A stretch of 64,000 bases of DNA from Eledone cirrhosa (taxonomy: Eukaryota): positions 7,812,001 through 7,876,000 of the forward strand of contig OZ024765.1 of NCBI GenBank assembly GCA_964016885.1, given 5' to 3'. Position numbers and translations under genes: made by a program. The notes under the pieces were generated by a model. It was not told where the DNA came from and searched no databases. It saw nothing but the letters and a program-made list of their open reading frames with translations. This document shows, piece after piece, positions 1 to 12,147 of this stretch (positions are counted from its first letter, which is position 1; the number at the start of each line of letters is the position of its first letter).

Positions 1-676
1 ATGTAAACAATGTATTTCTTCAATATACAAATAATTACTATTGCTACAGTTAAAAAAATGTACAAAAAATACTTTAAATTCAGTTTTTAATTCATGCAAC
101 AATTGTGTAAATAAACTGTTAAAGAAATTCGAAATAATTTTTAAACCATTTTCGCGATTAAGTAAAGACAGAGTTATCGTTCTTGAGATTTCGGCTCAGA
201 GAAATTCGAGGAACTGATGTCGCTAAATCGCCAAATCATTTACCTGCCCCGTTGCATCATGGGAGGGTAATGGCTGCCTTTTATTTTTTAAACGATGGCA
301 GATTCTATAGTTTCTTTCGCAGCATCTTCCTTGTTTCATATAAGTAAATAATTAAAACATTTTGGCGAGAAATAAACTAAAAAGTTTTCCGTGGTATGAA
401 AAGAAAAAAAGGCAGCCATTACCCTCCCATGGTGCAACGGGGCAGGTAAATGATTTGGCGATTTAGCGACATCAGTTCCTCGAATTTCTCTGAGCCGAAA
501 TCTCAAGAACGATAACTCTGTCTTTACTTAATCGCGAAAATGGTTTAAAAATTATTTCGAATTTCTTTAACAGTTTATTTACACTATTGTTGCATGAATT
601 AAAAACTGAATTTAAAGTATTTTTTAACTGTAACAATAGTAATTATTTGTATATTAAATAAATACATTGTTTACAT
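1..676. mobile_element. Foldback/MITE-like element with ~280-bp inverted arms
   Basis: 1-~282 is the reverse complement of ~405-676 (atgtaaacaatgtattt... / ...aaatacattgtttacat) with few mismatches and a ~120-bp spacer. The left end may extend beyond the window. Confidence 0.75.
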
Positions 677-677
677 A

Positions 678-809
678 TACGAAGGTAGGCTTAAAAGTTC
701 ATAGGCTCGCTAGGAAGGAGTGATGCTAGGGCTGTGAAATCTTGCATGTTGAAAAATAAACCTCATTTGGTCATTCCATGAGAGTATCTTGGTCAGCCTA
801 CCCTCGTAT
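678..809. mobile_element. Short mariner-type MITE remnant
   Basis: Termini tacgaaggtaggctt... and ...cagcctaccctcgta form imperfect TIRs in a TA context. Confidence 0.5.
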
Positions 810-1576
810 ATTATATATATCATTGAATTTAGGGATATTTAGTCGCCATTTCTAGTATTTTTAACCGCTGAAGAGGGTTTTAATTAGTTTAGTGAGATAT
901 TCTAGGTTAAACTGTTGAATATGGCCATATTTGAGGGTTGTTTGACCACTAAAACTATCATTATTAATAATATTTCAGTGGCTGCCATTTCTAGCATTCA
1001 GTAGACTCTTCGTTTTACTGTCTTTCATCTAAGGGAAACAACTCATTCAACTTACTATTTTGTAAAATCTTTACCTTTCACTTTACTAAGTTGCTTTCTT
1101 GATAACTTTCACAATTATACAGATTACTAATTGAGATTTTGTAGGGATACTTTAAGGTCAAAGGTAGAAAGGGTCGCAGAAGTTGATTTTTCTGAAATCA
1201 GTGTTAGTCGTTTAGTTTACATATTGAGACCCACATATATATATATATTATATACATACACACGCAACAAATACCAACTAAACGGAGCATTGGCAAATGA
1301 ATCTTCGAGGTAAGCTGTTAGTTCACGCGGGATTCTCTGCTACACCTTTTCGTAATACCGAACAACGTACTGCTGGTCACTCCTTCCTCCAAAAGACGTA
1401 CAAGTTTCCTGTCGGTATATTTACCTGAGTTTTTAACAGGCACTCACAAATAAACGTTTCTCATTGGAGGTGCTGTTACCAATGTTCTTCTTACTCGTGC
1501 AACGCCGGGATACACTGCTAGTATATAATAAAAGAAGATATATGTATTTATACACAAGATATATGTATGTAAAGAT

Positions 1577-2680
1577 GTGTATGACGAGAAAGAAGCCGTT
1601 TTAGAATTGTATGACATAGATGATAACTGGAATTTCTTATGTGACAACTTACTGCAGGCTGCTGAAGTCACTTGTGGCTGGAGCAGAGCTCCGACCAGAC
1701 AGAGAGTGACCTGGTGGTGGGACAACACGGTAGATAAGGCCATTAGAGACAAAAGACTAGCATGGAACACTTGGATAAATGGTGGGAGTAGAGACCGATG
1801 CACAGCCGCTAAGAAAGAAGCTAGACGTCAGGTGTACTTAGCACGCAGGGAGGCTGAGAATAGAAGGGTTGCCAATGTTCTGTGACGGGAAGATCAAAGA
1901 CGTGCAGTGTTCCGCATTGCAAGGCAGTGTGTCAGTGTAAATCGGGATGTTGTTGGAGATAAATATGTCCGGAATGATGCTGGTGTACTCAGTGTCAATA
2001 ATGATCAGAAAAAGGAAATGCCATTATGAGAGGCTGATGAATGTGGAGAATGAATGGGAGAGAGAGAAACTACCCACATTTGACCCAACAGAGGGACCAG
2101 CTATTGAGATTGATGACTATAGGGTCAAAGAGGCAATTAAAGAAAGGAAAAATGGTAAGGCAGCTGGACCATCAGGGATAGTTGCTGAGATGCTGAAGGC
2201 ATGAGAAGTAGGTACTAAACTGGTTGCAAGCATAATCAATCAGCTATATATGGCGGAGTCATACCCAAAGAGTGGTGCAGCAGTATTCTCAGAAATTGCT
2301 ACAAAGGTAAAGGGGATGCTCTAGAGAGGATCAATTATAGAGGCATAAAACTGATGGATCAGGTTATGAAAGTGGCAGAAAGGATATTAGCGCATCTAAT
2401 TAAAGAAAGAGTCAAACTAGATGAGATGCAGTTTGGTTTTGTGCCTGAGAAAAGTACAACCGATGCCCTCTTCTTAGTGAGACAACTACAAGAGAGGTTC
2501 TTAGAGAAGAATAAGCCATTATACTTAGCTTTTGTTGACCTAGAGAAAGCCTTTGATAGTGTACCCCAATCTGTCATCTGGTGATCCCTAAGGAAACTAG
2601 GTGATGAGGAATGGCTTGTGAGGACAGTGCAAGCTTTGTACAGAGGTGCTGTCTGTAAAGTGAGGGTAGGAATGGAGTTA
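1577..2680 (+). pseudogene. RTE-clade LINE fragment, linker plus reverse transcriptase N-terminal half, with stops and frameshifts
   Basis: Consecutive ORF pieces TWWWDNTVDKAIRDK, GKAAGPSGIVAEMLKA and MQFGFVPEKSTTDALFLVRQLQE...AFVDLEKAFDSVP are typical non-LTR RT motifs. Confidence 0.85.
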
Positions 2681-2767
2681 CATTTAAGTAAGTGCCGTAC
2701 TAAGAGTGAGAAATGAAATGTTGTTTCATTCTATTCCATATATATATAGATGTGTGTGTATATATAT

Positions 2768-3217
2768 CTGTAAAGTGGTCATGTTGGTGTCAATAAAAAG
2801 CACCCAGTCCACACTGTAAAGTGGTCATATAGGTGTCACAACAAAAAGTACCCAGTCCACACTGTAAAGTGGTCATGTAGGTGTCACAATAAAAAGCACC
2901 CAAACCATGCTGTAAAGTGGTTGTGTAGCTTACATGGTAAAAAGGCTCCCAGTACACACTGTAAATGTGGTTGGTTTTAGGAAAGGCATCCAGCCGTAGA
3001 AAACCTGCCAGATAGTCCTATATGAGCGAGACACAGTCACCCAATCAATCTTGCCTCAAGTAGGACAATTCCTGTCTAACCTATGCCAGCGTGGAAGATA
3101 GACGTTAAATGATGATATATGGTGTTAAGAAGGGCATCCAGCTGTAGAAATCAAGCCAGAATCAGTTCCTGTCCCACCTTTGCAAGCAGGGAAAAGTGGA
3201 CGTAAAATGATGATGAT
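2768..3217 (+). mobile_element. SINE 3' parts with internal ~48-bp tandem repeat and (TGA)n tails
   Basis: Repeated cacccagtccacactgtaaagtggtcatgtaggtgtcac, followed by ggcatccagccgtagaaa...gacgttaaatgatga. The same pieces recur at 13.2, 22, 24.1, 29.6 and 44.5 kb. Confidence 0.65.
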
Positions 3218-3370
3218 ATATATATATGTAGTTGTCCCCTGGTATTCACGGGGTTTATATTGTTATAGCACCTGCAAAGAGTGAAAAATCACGAATATTG
3301 GACAGGGCCAATAAAACTGTCTATAAACATTGAAATATAAGGTAAAATATAGGCTGACAAATACAGTATA

Positions 3371-3838
3371 TCTAAACTATAATAAAGTAAGAAGCGTGGG
3401 ACTGCGTACGGTTTATAATTATTTATCCCATTAGTAAAATAAGTTGGATTACTTTGAATAAATAATGAATGAATATTTATCTACTAAATTTTGTGGCTGT
3501 TCATTAAATATATTTTATTACTTATTTAAAGATTCACCTCTTTAAAATTTTCAAATGTCAACACTTCCGGTTAGTGATCGTTTAAATAAATCTTATATTT
3601 CTGTCACTAATTTTCTCCTAATGTAGTTTATATATAATATCGTCTTTTTTTAATGTATCATGGATTATGTTACTGATTACATAAGACAGTGTAACGCAGT
3701 CTTCGTTCAATTTCTGTTTATATTGTCAATTACGATTTTATTTGATCATATCTACATGCATATATACTTGCGTATAATATCAATATACACACTACACATG
3801 CTAGCAGTAAACCACCCAAGGGGTGGTTTTTCTGTTAG
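3371..3838 (+). mobile_element. Non-autonomous Helitron-like element, family A
   Basis: 5' TC start (tctaaactataataaag), 3' hairpin aaaccacccaagggtggttt then ttag. Homologous along its length to 59667-60164. Confidence 0.65.
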
Positions 3839-4286
3839 TTGTTGTTAATAATTTAGCGTTAAAAAATATATATTGCCACGAAAAAAACATTAAAAAATGG
3901 TGGAAAATATTTACGCTTTCCACAAACAATTATTAGTTAGGTTATAAGGAATATTCCGCGAATGTTGTGGCTGAGGCCATGCTGGGGCACTGCATGTATA
4001 TATATTGTTATACTTTGGGAGGGTCATGCTGCCAATAAAAACACACACGTTAGATTTCACTTCAATTTATTATAAATTTCCAGTTGGTTAATTTAATAAC
4101 TGGATGGTTGTGCATTTGTTTATTGTCAAAGCTCTTTCATCACACATTCTGTGACCTCCCCAATGACTAATTTGTTATTTTGTCTCTCACCTTTATCTAA
4201 CCAATGTAGATACAGTTATAACTTCTATAAAGATCTAAGCTGAAATATATGGAAGTATTCTGAAAGACAAATTTTATTACAATATA

Positions 4287-6385
4287 TTGGGTTGTTCCGA
4301 AAATAATGGCTGCTCTAAGTGTTGTGTTTTGAAACGCAATTTTATCATAGTATTTTAATTATATTTTAGGTGAACTTCGACATACTTAATAATTGATGTA
4401 TGCTCTTTAATAATTTTATACTTATTTCAGACAGAAAACATTCTTCAAGCATAGGCGCCCTTAATTATGAACATGACATAAAAGGAGCTTCGCTTACTTT
4501 TCTTGCATGAGTTCAAGCTTGGGCATTAGGCACAATTCCTCCCATACAACTGCCAATATCAACAAGACATGGGGAGAGGGGTCCACAAGTGATCACACAG
4601 TACGAAAGGGGCTGCCAATATCAACAAGACATGGAGAGAGGGGTCAACAAGTGATCACACAGTACAAAGGGGGCTGCCAATATCAACAGAGCATGGGGAG
4701 AGGGGTCCACAAGTGATCACACAGTACAAAGGGGGCTGCCAATATCAACAAGACATGGAGAGAGGGGTCCACAAGTGATCACAGTACAAAGGGGGCTGCC
4801 AATATCAACAGAGCATGGGGAGAGGGGTCCACAAGTGATCACACAGTACAAAGGGGGCTGCCAATATCAACAGAGCATGGGGAGAGGGGTCCACAAGTGA
4901 TCACACAGTACAAAGGGGGCTGCCAATATCAACAAGACATGGAGAGAGGGGTCCACAAGTGACCACACAGTACGAAGGGGGCTGCCAATATCAACAAGAC
5001 ATGGGGAGAGGGGTCCACAAGTGATCACACAGTACAAAGGGGGCTGCCAATATCAACAGAGCATGGGGAGAGGGGTCCACAAGTGATCACACAGTACAAA
5101 GGGGGCTGCCAATATCAACAAGACATGGAGAGAGGGGTCAACAAGTGATCACACAGTACAAAGGGGGCTGCCAATATCAACAGAGCATGGGGAGAGGGGT
5201 CCACAAGTGATCACACAGTACAAAGGGGGCTGCCAATATCAACAAGACATGGAGAGAGGGGTCCACAAGTGATCACAGTACAAAGGGGGCTGCCAATATC
5301 AACAGAGCATGGGGAGAGGGGTCCACAAGTGATCACACAGTACAAAGGGGGCTGCCAATATCAACAGAGCATGGGGAGAGGGGTCCACAAGTGATCACAC
5401 AGTACAAAGGGGGCTGCCAATATCAACAAGACATGGAGAGAGGGGTCCACAAGTGACCACACAGTACGAAGGGGGCTGCCAATATCAACAAGACATGGGG
5501 AGAGGGGTCCACAAGTGATCACACAGTACAAAGGGGGCTGCCAATATCAACAAGACATGGGAAGAGGGGTCCACAAGTGATCACACAGTACGAAGGGGGC
5601 TGCCAATATCAACAGAGCATGGAGAGAGGGGTCCACAAGTGATCGCACAGTACAAAGGGGGGCTGCCAATATCAACAGAGCATGGGGAGAGGGGTCCACA
5701 AGTGATCGCACAGTACGAAGGTGGTTTCAGAAATTCCCTAGTGGTGACGAGAGCCTTGAAGATGAAGAAGGTCGAGGACAGTGATGCAGTCTTGACAATG
5801 AACAATTGAAAGCAATTGTTGAACAAAACCCACGTCAAAGTGTCAGAGAAATGTCTCAGGGACTTGGTGTCGCTATTGCAACGGTCTCACACCATCTGCA
5901 GAAGATTGGTGAGGTGAAAAAGCTTGATAAATGGGTACCACATGAGCTCAATGAAAACCAAAAAGTTCAGCTTTTTGAAGTGTGCTCGATGCTCTTTCTG
6001 TGAAACACCAATGGTCCTTTTCTTGACCGAACAGTCAATAGTCAGAGATGTATAGATGTTCACGGCTCATACTTTGACTAATCAAAACATTTCTGTTGTT
6101 AATTTTTCCAAAATAAACAACAGAAATGTTGACCTGTTCCGGAAGTTAAATAACCTGTGTATCAAATTTGAACAAAATTGGATGGAAACTGGAAATGCAT
6201 AAACTACATACAGACAGAAAGACATTTTCCTTTTTATATATATAGATATTTGTATCTACATTGGTTAGATAATTTACCACTGTAATATTAGGTTGTTCCA
6301 AAAATAATGGCCGATTTCAGAAGCATAATTTTTCCAGAATAAAATTATGCTTCTGAAATCGGCCATTATTTTTGGAACAACCTAA
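4287..6385 (+). mobile_element. Defective mariner transposon
   Basis: TIRs ttgggttgttccgaaaataatggc (4287-4310) and gccattatttttggaacaacctaa (6362-6385), each flanked by TA. Transposase pieces TAANINKTWGEGSTSDHTVR and LKAIVEQNPRQSVREMSQGLGV...KLDKWVPHEL (WVPHEL is the mariner linker motif). The catalytic domain is missing. Confidence 0.9.
4550..5720 (+). repeat. 62-bp minisatellite, ~19 copies, with 494-bp higher-order period
   Basis: Unit gctgccaatatcaacaagacatggggagaggggtccacaagtgatcacacagtacaaagggg, starting for example at 4981, 5043, 5105 and 5167. Confidence 0.95.
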
Positions 6386-6550
6386 TATTACAGTGGTAAA
6401 TTATCTAACCAATGTAGATACAAATATCTATATATATAAAAAGGAAAATGTCTTTCTGTCTGTCTGTATGTAGTCTATGCATTTCCAGTTTCCATCCGAT
6501 TTTGTTCAAATTTGATACACAGGTTATTTAACTTCCGGAACAGGTCAACA
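6127..6550. repeat. Near-perfect palindrome with ~205-bp arms
   Basis: tgttgacctgttccggaag...gaagcataattt is mirrored by aaattatgcttc...cttccggaacaggtcaaca, with a ~9-nt centre near 6336. Confidence 0.95.
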
Positions 6551-6675
6551 CATAGTTTAAACTTTCTCTCCCCTCTCTGGGGCTATTCACAGACAGCCAT
6601 GTTGAGGAGGGAGGTTTTTTTTATTTATTTACAGTGGTGAAAAATGTGCCCAGCAATGGCGAGCTCTTTTGCTAG
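6427..6675 (+). mobile_element. Short non-autonomous Helitron-like element
   Basis: Starts tctatatatataaaa...tctgtctgtc and ends in a degenerate GC hairpin plus ctag, sitting between A and T. Confidence 0.55.
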
Positions 6676-7021
6676 TATATATATAAAATATAATCTTTGG
6701 AAGTCGATATATCATAGTTATATATTCTTTGTAGTAGAGATATTTTTAAAGTTATATGAAATATTTGTCATAGAAACAGTTTTCACACTACACAGTCACT
6801 TTTCTGTATAAATATATAACACAGTTGATTGTTCTACAGAGAAGGATATACCACAAATATCACAGTGGTTTGGCTTCTGTTGTGAGAGGTTACCACAGAT
6901 ATCACAGTGGCATGGCTTCTGTTGTGAGAGGTTGCCACAGATATCACAGTGGTATGGTTTCTCTCCCACAAGAGTAATTAAGGTACATCTTTTTTAGAAT
7001 GATTTTCCATAAATATCAACG

Positions 7022-8440
7022 CTATGGCTTCTCTCCTCTATGAATGCTTTTGTGTTCAGTTAAGTTGACACGGTGTGTGAATGATTTACCACAGATGTCA
7101 CACTGATATGGTTTCTCTCCTGTATGTGTATATTTGTGTGTAGTTAAAGTAGTGTTTTTACAGAATGATTTACCACAGATGTCACAGTGATATGGCTTCT
7201 CTCCTGAATGAATACGTTTGTGGTTAATTAAGCTATGGCCCCGAGTGAATGATTTATTACAGATATCACACTGATATGGCTTTTCTCCTGTATGAGTAAG
7301 TTTGTGTTTAGATAAGGTACTATTTTCAGAAAATGATTTACCACAGATATCACAGTGGTATGGCTTCTCTCCAGTGTGAGTACGTTTGTGGTTAAGTAAT
7401 TTCTCATTTTGAGAGAAGGATTTACCACAGATATCACATTGATAAGGCCTATCTCCCGTATGAGTTCGGTTGTGTGAAGTTAAGTTACTTCTTTCAGCGA
7501 ACGTTTTACCACAGATATCACAGTGATATGGCTTCTCACCCACATGAGTACGTTTGTGATTGATTAATCTACATTTTACATAGAATGATTTACCACAGAT
7601 ATCACAGTGATATGGTTTCTCTCCTGTATGAATGCGTTCATGTGTAGCTAAGTTACTCCGCTGAGTGAATGATTTACCACAGCTGCCACAGTGATATGGT
7701 TTCTCTCCTGTATGCGTATATTTGTGTGTAGTTAAAGTACTGCTTTTAGTGAATGATTCACCACAAATATCACAGTGATATGGTTTCTCCCCTGTATGAA
7801 TACGTTTGTGGTTACTTAAGCTCTCATTTTGAGAGAATGATTTACCACAAATATTACAATGATATGGCTTTTCTCCTGTATGTGTACGTCTGTGTTTAGT
7901 TAAAGTACTATTTTCAGTGAATGATTTACCACAGATGTCACAGTGACATGGCTTCTCTCCTGTATGAATACGTTTGTGGTTAATTAGGCTATAGCCCCGA
8001 GAGAATGATTTATTACAGATATCACAATGATATGGCTTCTCTCCTGTATGAATACGTTTGTGGATAATTAAGCTATGACCCCGAGAGAATGATTTATTAC
8101 AGATATCACAATGATATGGCTTTTCTCCTGTATGAATAAGTTTATGTTTAGATAAGGTACTATTTTCAGAAAATGATTTACCACAGCTATCACAGTAGTA
8201 TACTTTCTCTCCTGTATGACTGCATTTGTGTTCAATTAAATATTTTCCAGAGAATGATGTACCACAGATATCACAGTCATATACTTTCTCTCCCTTATGA
8301 ATACGTTTACGTCTAGTTAAGCCGTCTTTTTCAACAGGGACTGCTACCTTTTCATTCTCTTTCAGTTTTTCATCAACAAAATCAATCATTTTAGATTCTG
8401 TTTCCTGTTTGATCTGATCCTTACATAAATTAGTTTCCAT
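7022..8440 (-). CDS. Poly-C2H2 zinc finger protein, 472 aa, ~15 fingers
   Basis: Intact ATG-started ORF with tandem CxxC-x12-HxxxH fingers and TGEKPY linkers. No KRAB or SCAN domain is visible. Confidence 0.9.
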   Translation of the reverse strand: METNLCKDQIKQETESKMIDFVDEKLKENEKVAVPVEKDGLTRRKRIHKGEKVYDCDICGTSFSGKYLIEHKCSHTGEKVYYCDSCGKSFSENSTLSKHKLIHTGEKPYHCDICNKSFSRGHSLIIHKRIHTGEKPYHCDICNKSFSRGYSLINHKRIHTGEKPCHCDICGKSFTENSTLTKHRRTHTGEKPYHCNICGKSFSQNESLSNHKRIHTGEKPYHCDICGESFTKSSTLTTHKYTHTGEKPYHCGSCGKSFTQRSNLATHERIHTGEKPYHCDICGKSFYVKCRLINHKRTHVGEKPYHCDICGKTFAERSNLTSHNRTHTGDRPYQCDICGKSFSQNEKLLNHKRTHTGEKPYHCDICGKSFSENSTLSKHKLTHTGEKPYQCDICNKSFTRGHSLINHKRIHSGEKPYHCDICGKSFCKNTTLTTHKYTHTGEKPYQCDICGKSFTHRVNLTEHKSIHRGEKP

Positions 8441-8908
8441 AATTTATCTTCTCTCACCTCAATATTCAGATATTTTTCCGGTTTTTCTATTTATAGTATA
8501 TTCCAAACAAATATTTCCCCAGCTATATTTCCATCAACTGTGATCTTTGGTGATATCTGAAGATGCTGGGAAAATTCTTTGTAAATTTGTCCAAGTTTAA
8601 TGAGAATGTGAATTTATGTTGTACACATTCCAGGTTGTGAAGTAGAGAAAAGATTTATATGTGAGGGGTTACCACAGTAGTATGGCTTCTGTTGAGAGGG
8701 GATATATTTGTGTTTAGTTAAGTTATATGTTGGAGAGAATTCTGGTTTCCCACATGAATTTATTTTTTTGTGTCTTGTAAAGTTACCACTTTGAGAGCAG
8801 GATTTACCACAGACATCACAGTGAAATGGTTTCTCTCCTGTATGAATGTGTTTGTGTCTGGTTAAGTGATCAGTTACAGAGAATGTTTTACCACGGATAT
8901 CACCACGT

Positions 8909-9943
8909 TTATACCTTTTCTTGTGTGTGAATGTGCTTGTGAGAGGTTAAGTTACTATTTTGAGAGAATGATTTACAACAGATATCACATTTATATGGCT
9001 TTTCTCCTGTATGAATGCGTATGTGAGTAGTTAAGTGACCAGTTACAGAGAATGATTTACCACAGATATCACAATGATATGGCTTCTCCCCCGTGTGTGT
9101 CCGTTGGTGTCTAGTTAAGTCACCACCACCAGAGAATGATTTACCACATTCGTCACAGTGATATGGTTTTTCACCAGTATGAAAGCGTTTGTGTTTCGTT
9201 AGATTAGAATTTTGTGAGAATGATTTACCACAGATATCACAGTGGTATGGCTTCTCTCCTGTATGAATGTGCTTGTGTTCTGTTAAGTGACCTACTTGTG
9301 AGAATCTTTGACCACAGATATCACAGCAAAATGGTTTCTCTCCTGTATGAATGCGTTTGTGTGTAGTTAAGGTGCTTTTCACAGAGAATGATTTACCACA
9401 GATTTCACAGTGGTATGGTTTCTCTCCTGTATGAATGTGGCTGTGATCTGTTAAGTGATTTATTTGAGAGAATGTTTTACCACAGATATCACAGTGGTAT
9501 GGTTTCTCTCCCACGTGAGTACGTTTGTGTCTGGTATCTTTTTCAAAGTATGATTTACCACAGATATCACCATGATACAACTTCTCTCCTGTATGAACGC
9601 ATTTGTGTATAGTTAATCTATTTCCTAGAGAGAATGATTTACCACAGATATCACAGTCATAGGGTTTCTCTCCCATATGAGTACATTCGTGTTTAGTTAA
9701 GGTACCTCTTTGAGAGAATGATTTACCACAGATATCACAGTGGTATGGTTTCTCTTCTGTATGAGTATGTTTGTGTGTAACTAAGTTTCTTCCTTCAGAG
9801 AATGATTTACCACAGATATCACAGTGATATGGCTTCTCTCTTGTATGAACACATTTGTGATTGGTGACCTCCCCCTTTTGTGAAAATGAGTTTTTACAAA
9901 TATCACATTGGTAAGATGATGTTCCTATAACATCCAACATCAT
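8909..9943 (-). CDS. Poly-C2H2 zinc finger protein, ~344 aa, 12 fingers (one degenerate)
   Basis: The ORF track starts at a GTG (9955); the first ATG is at 9943. Decayed out-of-frame fingers continue over ~8740-8908. It may be a pseudogenising copy. Confidence 0.75.
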   Translation of the reverse strand: MMLDVIGTSSYQCDICKNSFSQKGEVTNHKCVHTREKPYHCDICGKSFSEGRNLVTHKHTHTEEKPYHCDICGKSFSQRGTLTKHECTHMGEKPYDCDICGKSFSLGNRLTIHKCVHTGEKLYHGDICGKSYFEKDTRHKRTHVGEKPYHCDICGKTFSQINHLTDHSHIHTGEKPYHCEICGKSFSVKSTLTTHKRIHTGEKPFCCDICGQRFSQVGHLTEHKHIHTGEKPYHCDICGKSFSQNSNLTKHKRFHTGEKPYHCDECGKSFSGGGDLTRHQRTHTGEKPYHCDICGKSFSVTGHLTTHIRIHTGEKPYKCDICCKSFSQNSNLTSHKHIHTQEKV

Positions 9944-10019
9944 CCAGGACAACACAAAAGAAAATATCCGATCTTTGTTGATATCTGAAGATGCTGGAAA
10001 AATTCTTTGTAAATTTTTC

Positions 10020-10350
10020 TTTTCTCACCTCAATATTCAGATATTTTTTAGGTTTTTGTATTTAATATTGTTGCCCCAGCATGGCCTCAGCATGTCGGCT
10101 GGAATGTAATAGAGAATTAGTATATTCCAAACAAATATTTCTCCAGCTATATTTCCATCAACTGTGATCTTTGTTGATATCTGAAGATGCTGGGAAAATC
10201 TTTTTGTAAATTTGTCCAAGTTTAATGAGAATGTGAATTTATGTTGTACACATTCCAGGTTGTGAAGTAGAGAAAAGATTTATATATGAGGGGTTAACCA
10301 CAGTAGTATGGCTTCTGTTGAGAGGGGATATATTTGTGTTTAGTTAAGTT
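10020..10350 (-). repeat. Duplicated 5' leader block, copy of ~8446-8724
   Basis: ttctctcacctcaatattcagat...gtgtttagttaagtta is present upstream of both minus-strand ZNF ORFs. Confidence 0.85.
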
Positions 10351-10547
10351 ACATTCCAGGCAGTGAAGTAGAGAAATGTTGTTTTTAATCTCAGATTAGA
10401 GGAAATCAGTGTAATTCAACTAGATATTTATATAAACAGGGTTATATCTGTTCTGTATAAGATCTTCCTTTAGTCTTTAAAAGATGATAAATATTGCTGG
10501 ATATATCTAAGTTAAACAATTCTCTTCTACCAATGTCCGCTGATATT

Positions 10548-10565
10548 CTGAAATAATAAAGAAAC
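10548..10565 (-). promoter_or_regulatory. Probable splice acceptor for the ZNF exon
   Basis: The minus strand reads tttctttattatttcag|AATATCAG: a polypyrimidine tract plus CAG. Confidence 0.5.
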
Positions 10566-10649
10566 TGTATAAGATATAGAGGAGACTTAAAATGTAAAGA
10601 TTTAACAGTGGAAATTTTATTACATTTTTATATTGATAAACTGTAGTGA

Positions 10650-10963
10650 TAAATATTGAGTGAAGTCTGGTGGCTTAGTGGATAGGGTGTTCAGTTTATT
10701 ATCTGGAGGTAGTCAGTTTAATTAGTGGATTATATTGAGTGAAGTCTGGTGGCTTAGTGGATAGGGTGTTCAGTTTATTATCTGGAGGTAGTCAGTTTAA
10801 TTAGTGGATTATATTGATATACTGTAATTATAAATATTGAATGAAGTCTGGTGGCTTAGTGGGTAGGGTGTTCAGTTTATTATCTGGAGGTAGTCAGTTT
10901 AATTAGTGGATTATATTGATAAACTGTAGTTATAAACATTGAAGTCTGGTGGCTTAGTGGTTA
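10650..10963 (+). repeat. Tandem repeat, ~80-100 bp, 3-4 copies, of a tRNA/SINE-head-like sequence
   Basis: gaagtctggtggcttagtggatagggtgttcagtttattatctggaggtagtcagtttaattagtgg is repeated and contains the A-box-like tggcttagtgg. Confidence 0.8.
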
Positions 10964-11079
10964 GATATATATATTATAACTCAGTGGCCCCAAATTATTC
11001 AAGAACAGTTCTCAAACTTAGGTCCGCAGAAAAATATCAAAATTTTGTTGACTAGTGTAATAGTTGTAACATTAATTCT

Positions 11080-11235
11080 AGTAGTAACAGTAGTAATAGT
11101 GGTGGTGGTAGAAGTAGTAGTAGTTGTGGTAGTAGTGATGTAGCAGTGGAGGTGTTGGTGGTAGTAGTAGTAGTAGTAGTGGTAGTAGTAGTGATGTTAA
11201 TAGTAGTAGTTGTAGTAGTAGTTATGGTGGTGGTA
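11080..11235. repeat. (GTA/GTG)n microsatellite
   Basis: Runs of gtagtagta and gtggtg. Confidence 0.9.
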
Positions 11236-11551
11236 TACTACAACTGAAAATAAATTGAAAGACTGCTCCAGTATGGCAACAGATTTATGGTTGAAACCAG
11301 TAAAAATCTCTCTCTCTCTATGTATATAAATATATATAATCATCATTTTATATCCATTTTTCCACGCTAGCATGGGTTAGACAAGTTGTCCTGTTGTGGA
11401 CATTGCTAGGTCATGTAAACATATCTTATACAGAACTGATTTTGGATGCCCTTCCTAACACTAACAGTGAGTACTGGGTGCCTTTTGTCGTGATACCTAC
11501 ACGAACACTTTACAGTGTAGACTGGGTGCTTGTGTATATATATATATATAT

Positions 11552-12147
11552 ACAAAATATGTAGTTTAGAAAGCCACAACAATGCAGATGGGAAATCTCG
11601 AGGTAGGAAGTGAGTAAGAAATAGGAGAAAAGTGAAAAATGAGAGAAACGAAAACAAAACAAAGGTAGAAGGATTACCGTAGTGGAGATTTAATCCCAAT
11701 ATTTCGGGCTCACGCCCATCAACGGGGGGAACAGGCTAAGCCGGAGAAAGTTGTATTGTCGTTAAAACATAGGAATGCCGTTATGGGGAAAATTCAAACG
11801 AGGGAAAGCGTGCGCGTGATAGGCTGTGGCAAAAGCTACTGACCAATTGGGTTAGATCAATAGGGTGCGCTAGCGCGTGAAAGCCGTAAAATATGTGTGT
11901 GTAAATATATATGTGTATGTATGTGAGTGTGTATATGTGTATGTGTGTATGTATGTGAGTGTGTATGTATGTGAGTGTGTGTGTGTGAAAGATAGTGGGC
12001 CGTAGAAGCTGGAATTCAAAGGCTGTGAAAGGTGGTAGGTTGTATAAACATGTGTGCGTGTATAAATATAGATGTGTGTGTGTGTGTGTGTGTATGTGTT
12101 TTTCCCATCTGCATTGTTGTGGCTTTCTAAACTACATATTTTACATA
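11552..12147. mobile_element. Element bounded by ~45-bp inverted repeats, possible Penelope-like remnant
   Basis: aaaatatgtagtttagaaagccacaacaatgcagatgggaaa versus tttcccatctgcattgttgtggctttctaaactacatatttt. A degenerate hammerhead-like motif lies inside at ~11692-11730 (-). Confidence 0.5.

Noticed and set aside
860-900. ctgaaga as a hammerhead core (also 8557, 9985 and 61866)
   Set aside because: No properly spaced stem II, GAAA and closing stems could be found.
4550-5720. CRISPR-like regular array
   Set aside because: The units are contiguous with no unique spacers, there are no cas genes, the context is eukaryotic, and the unit is mariner coding sequence.
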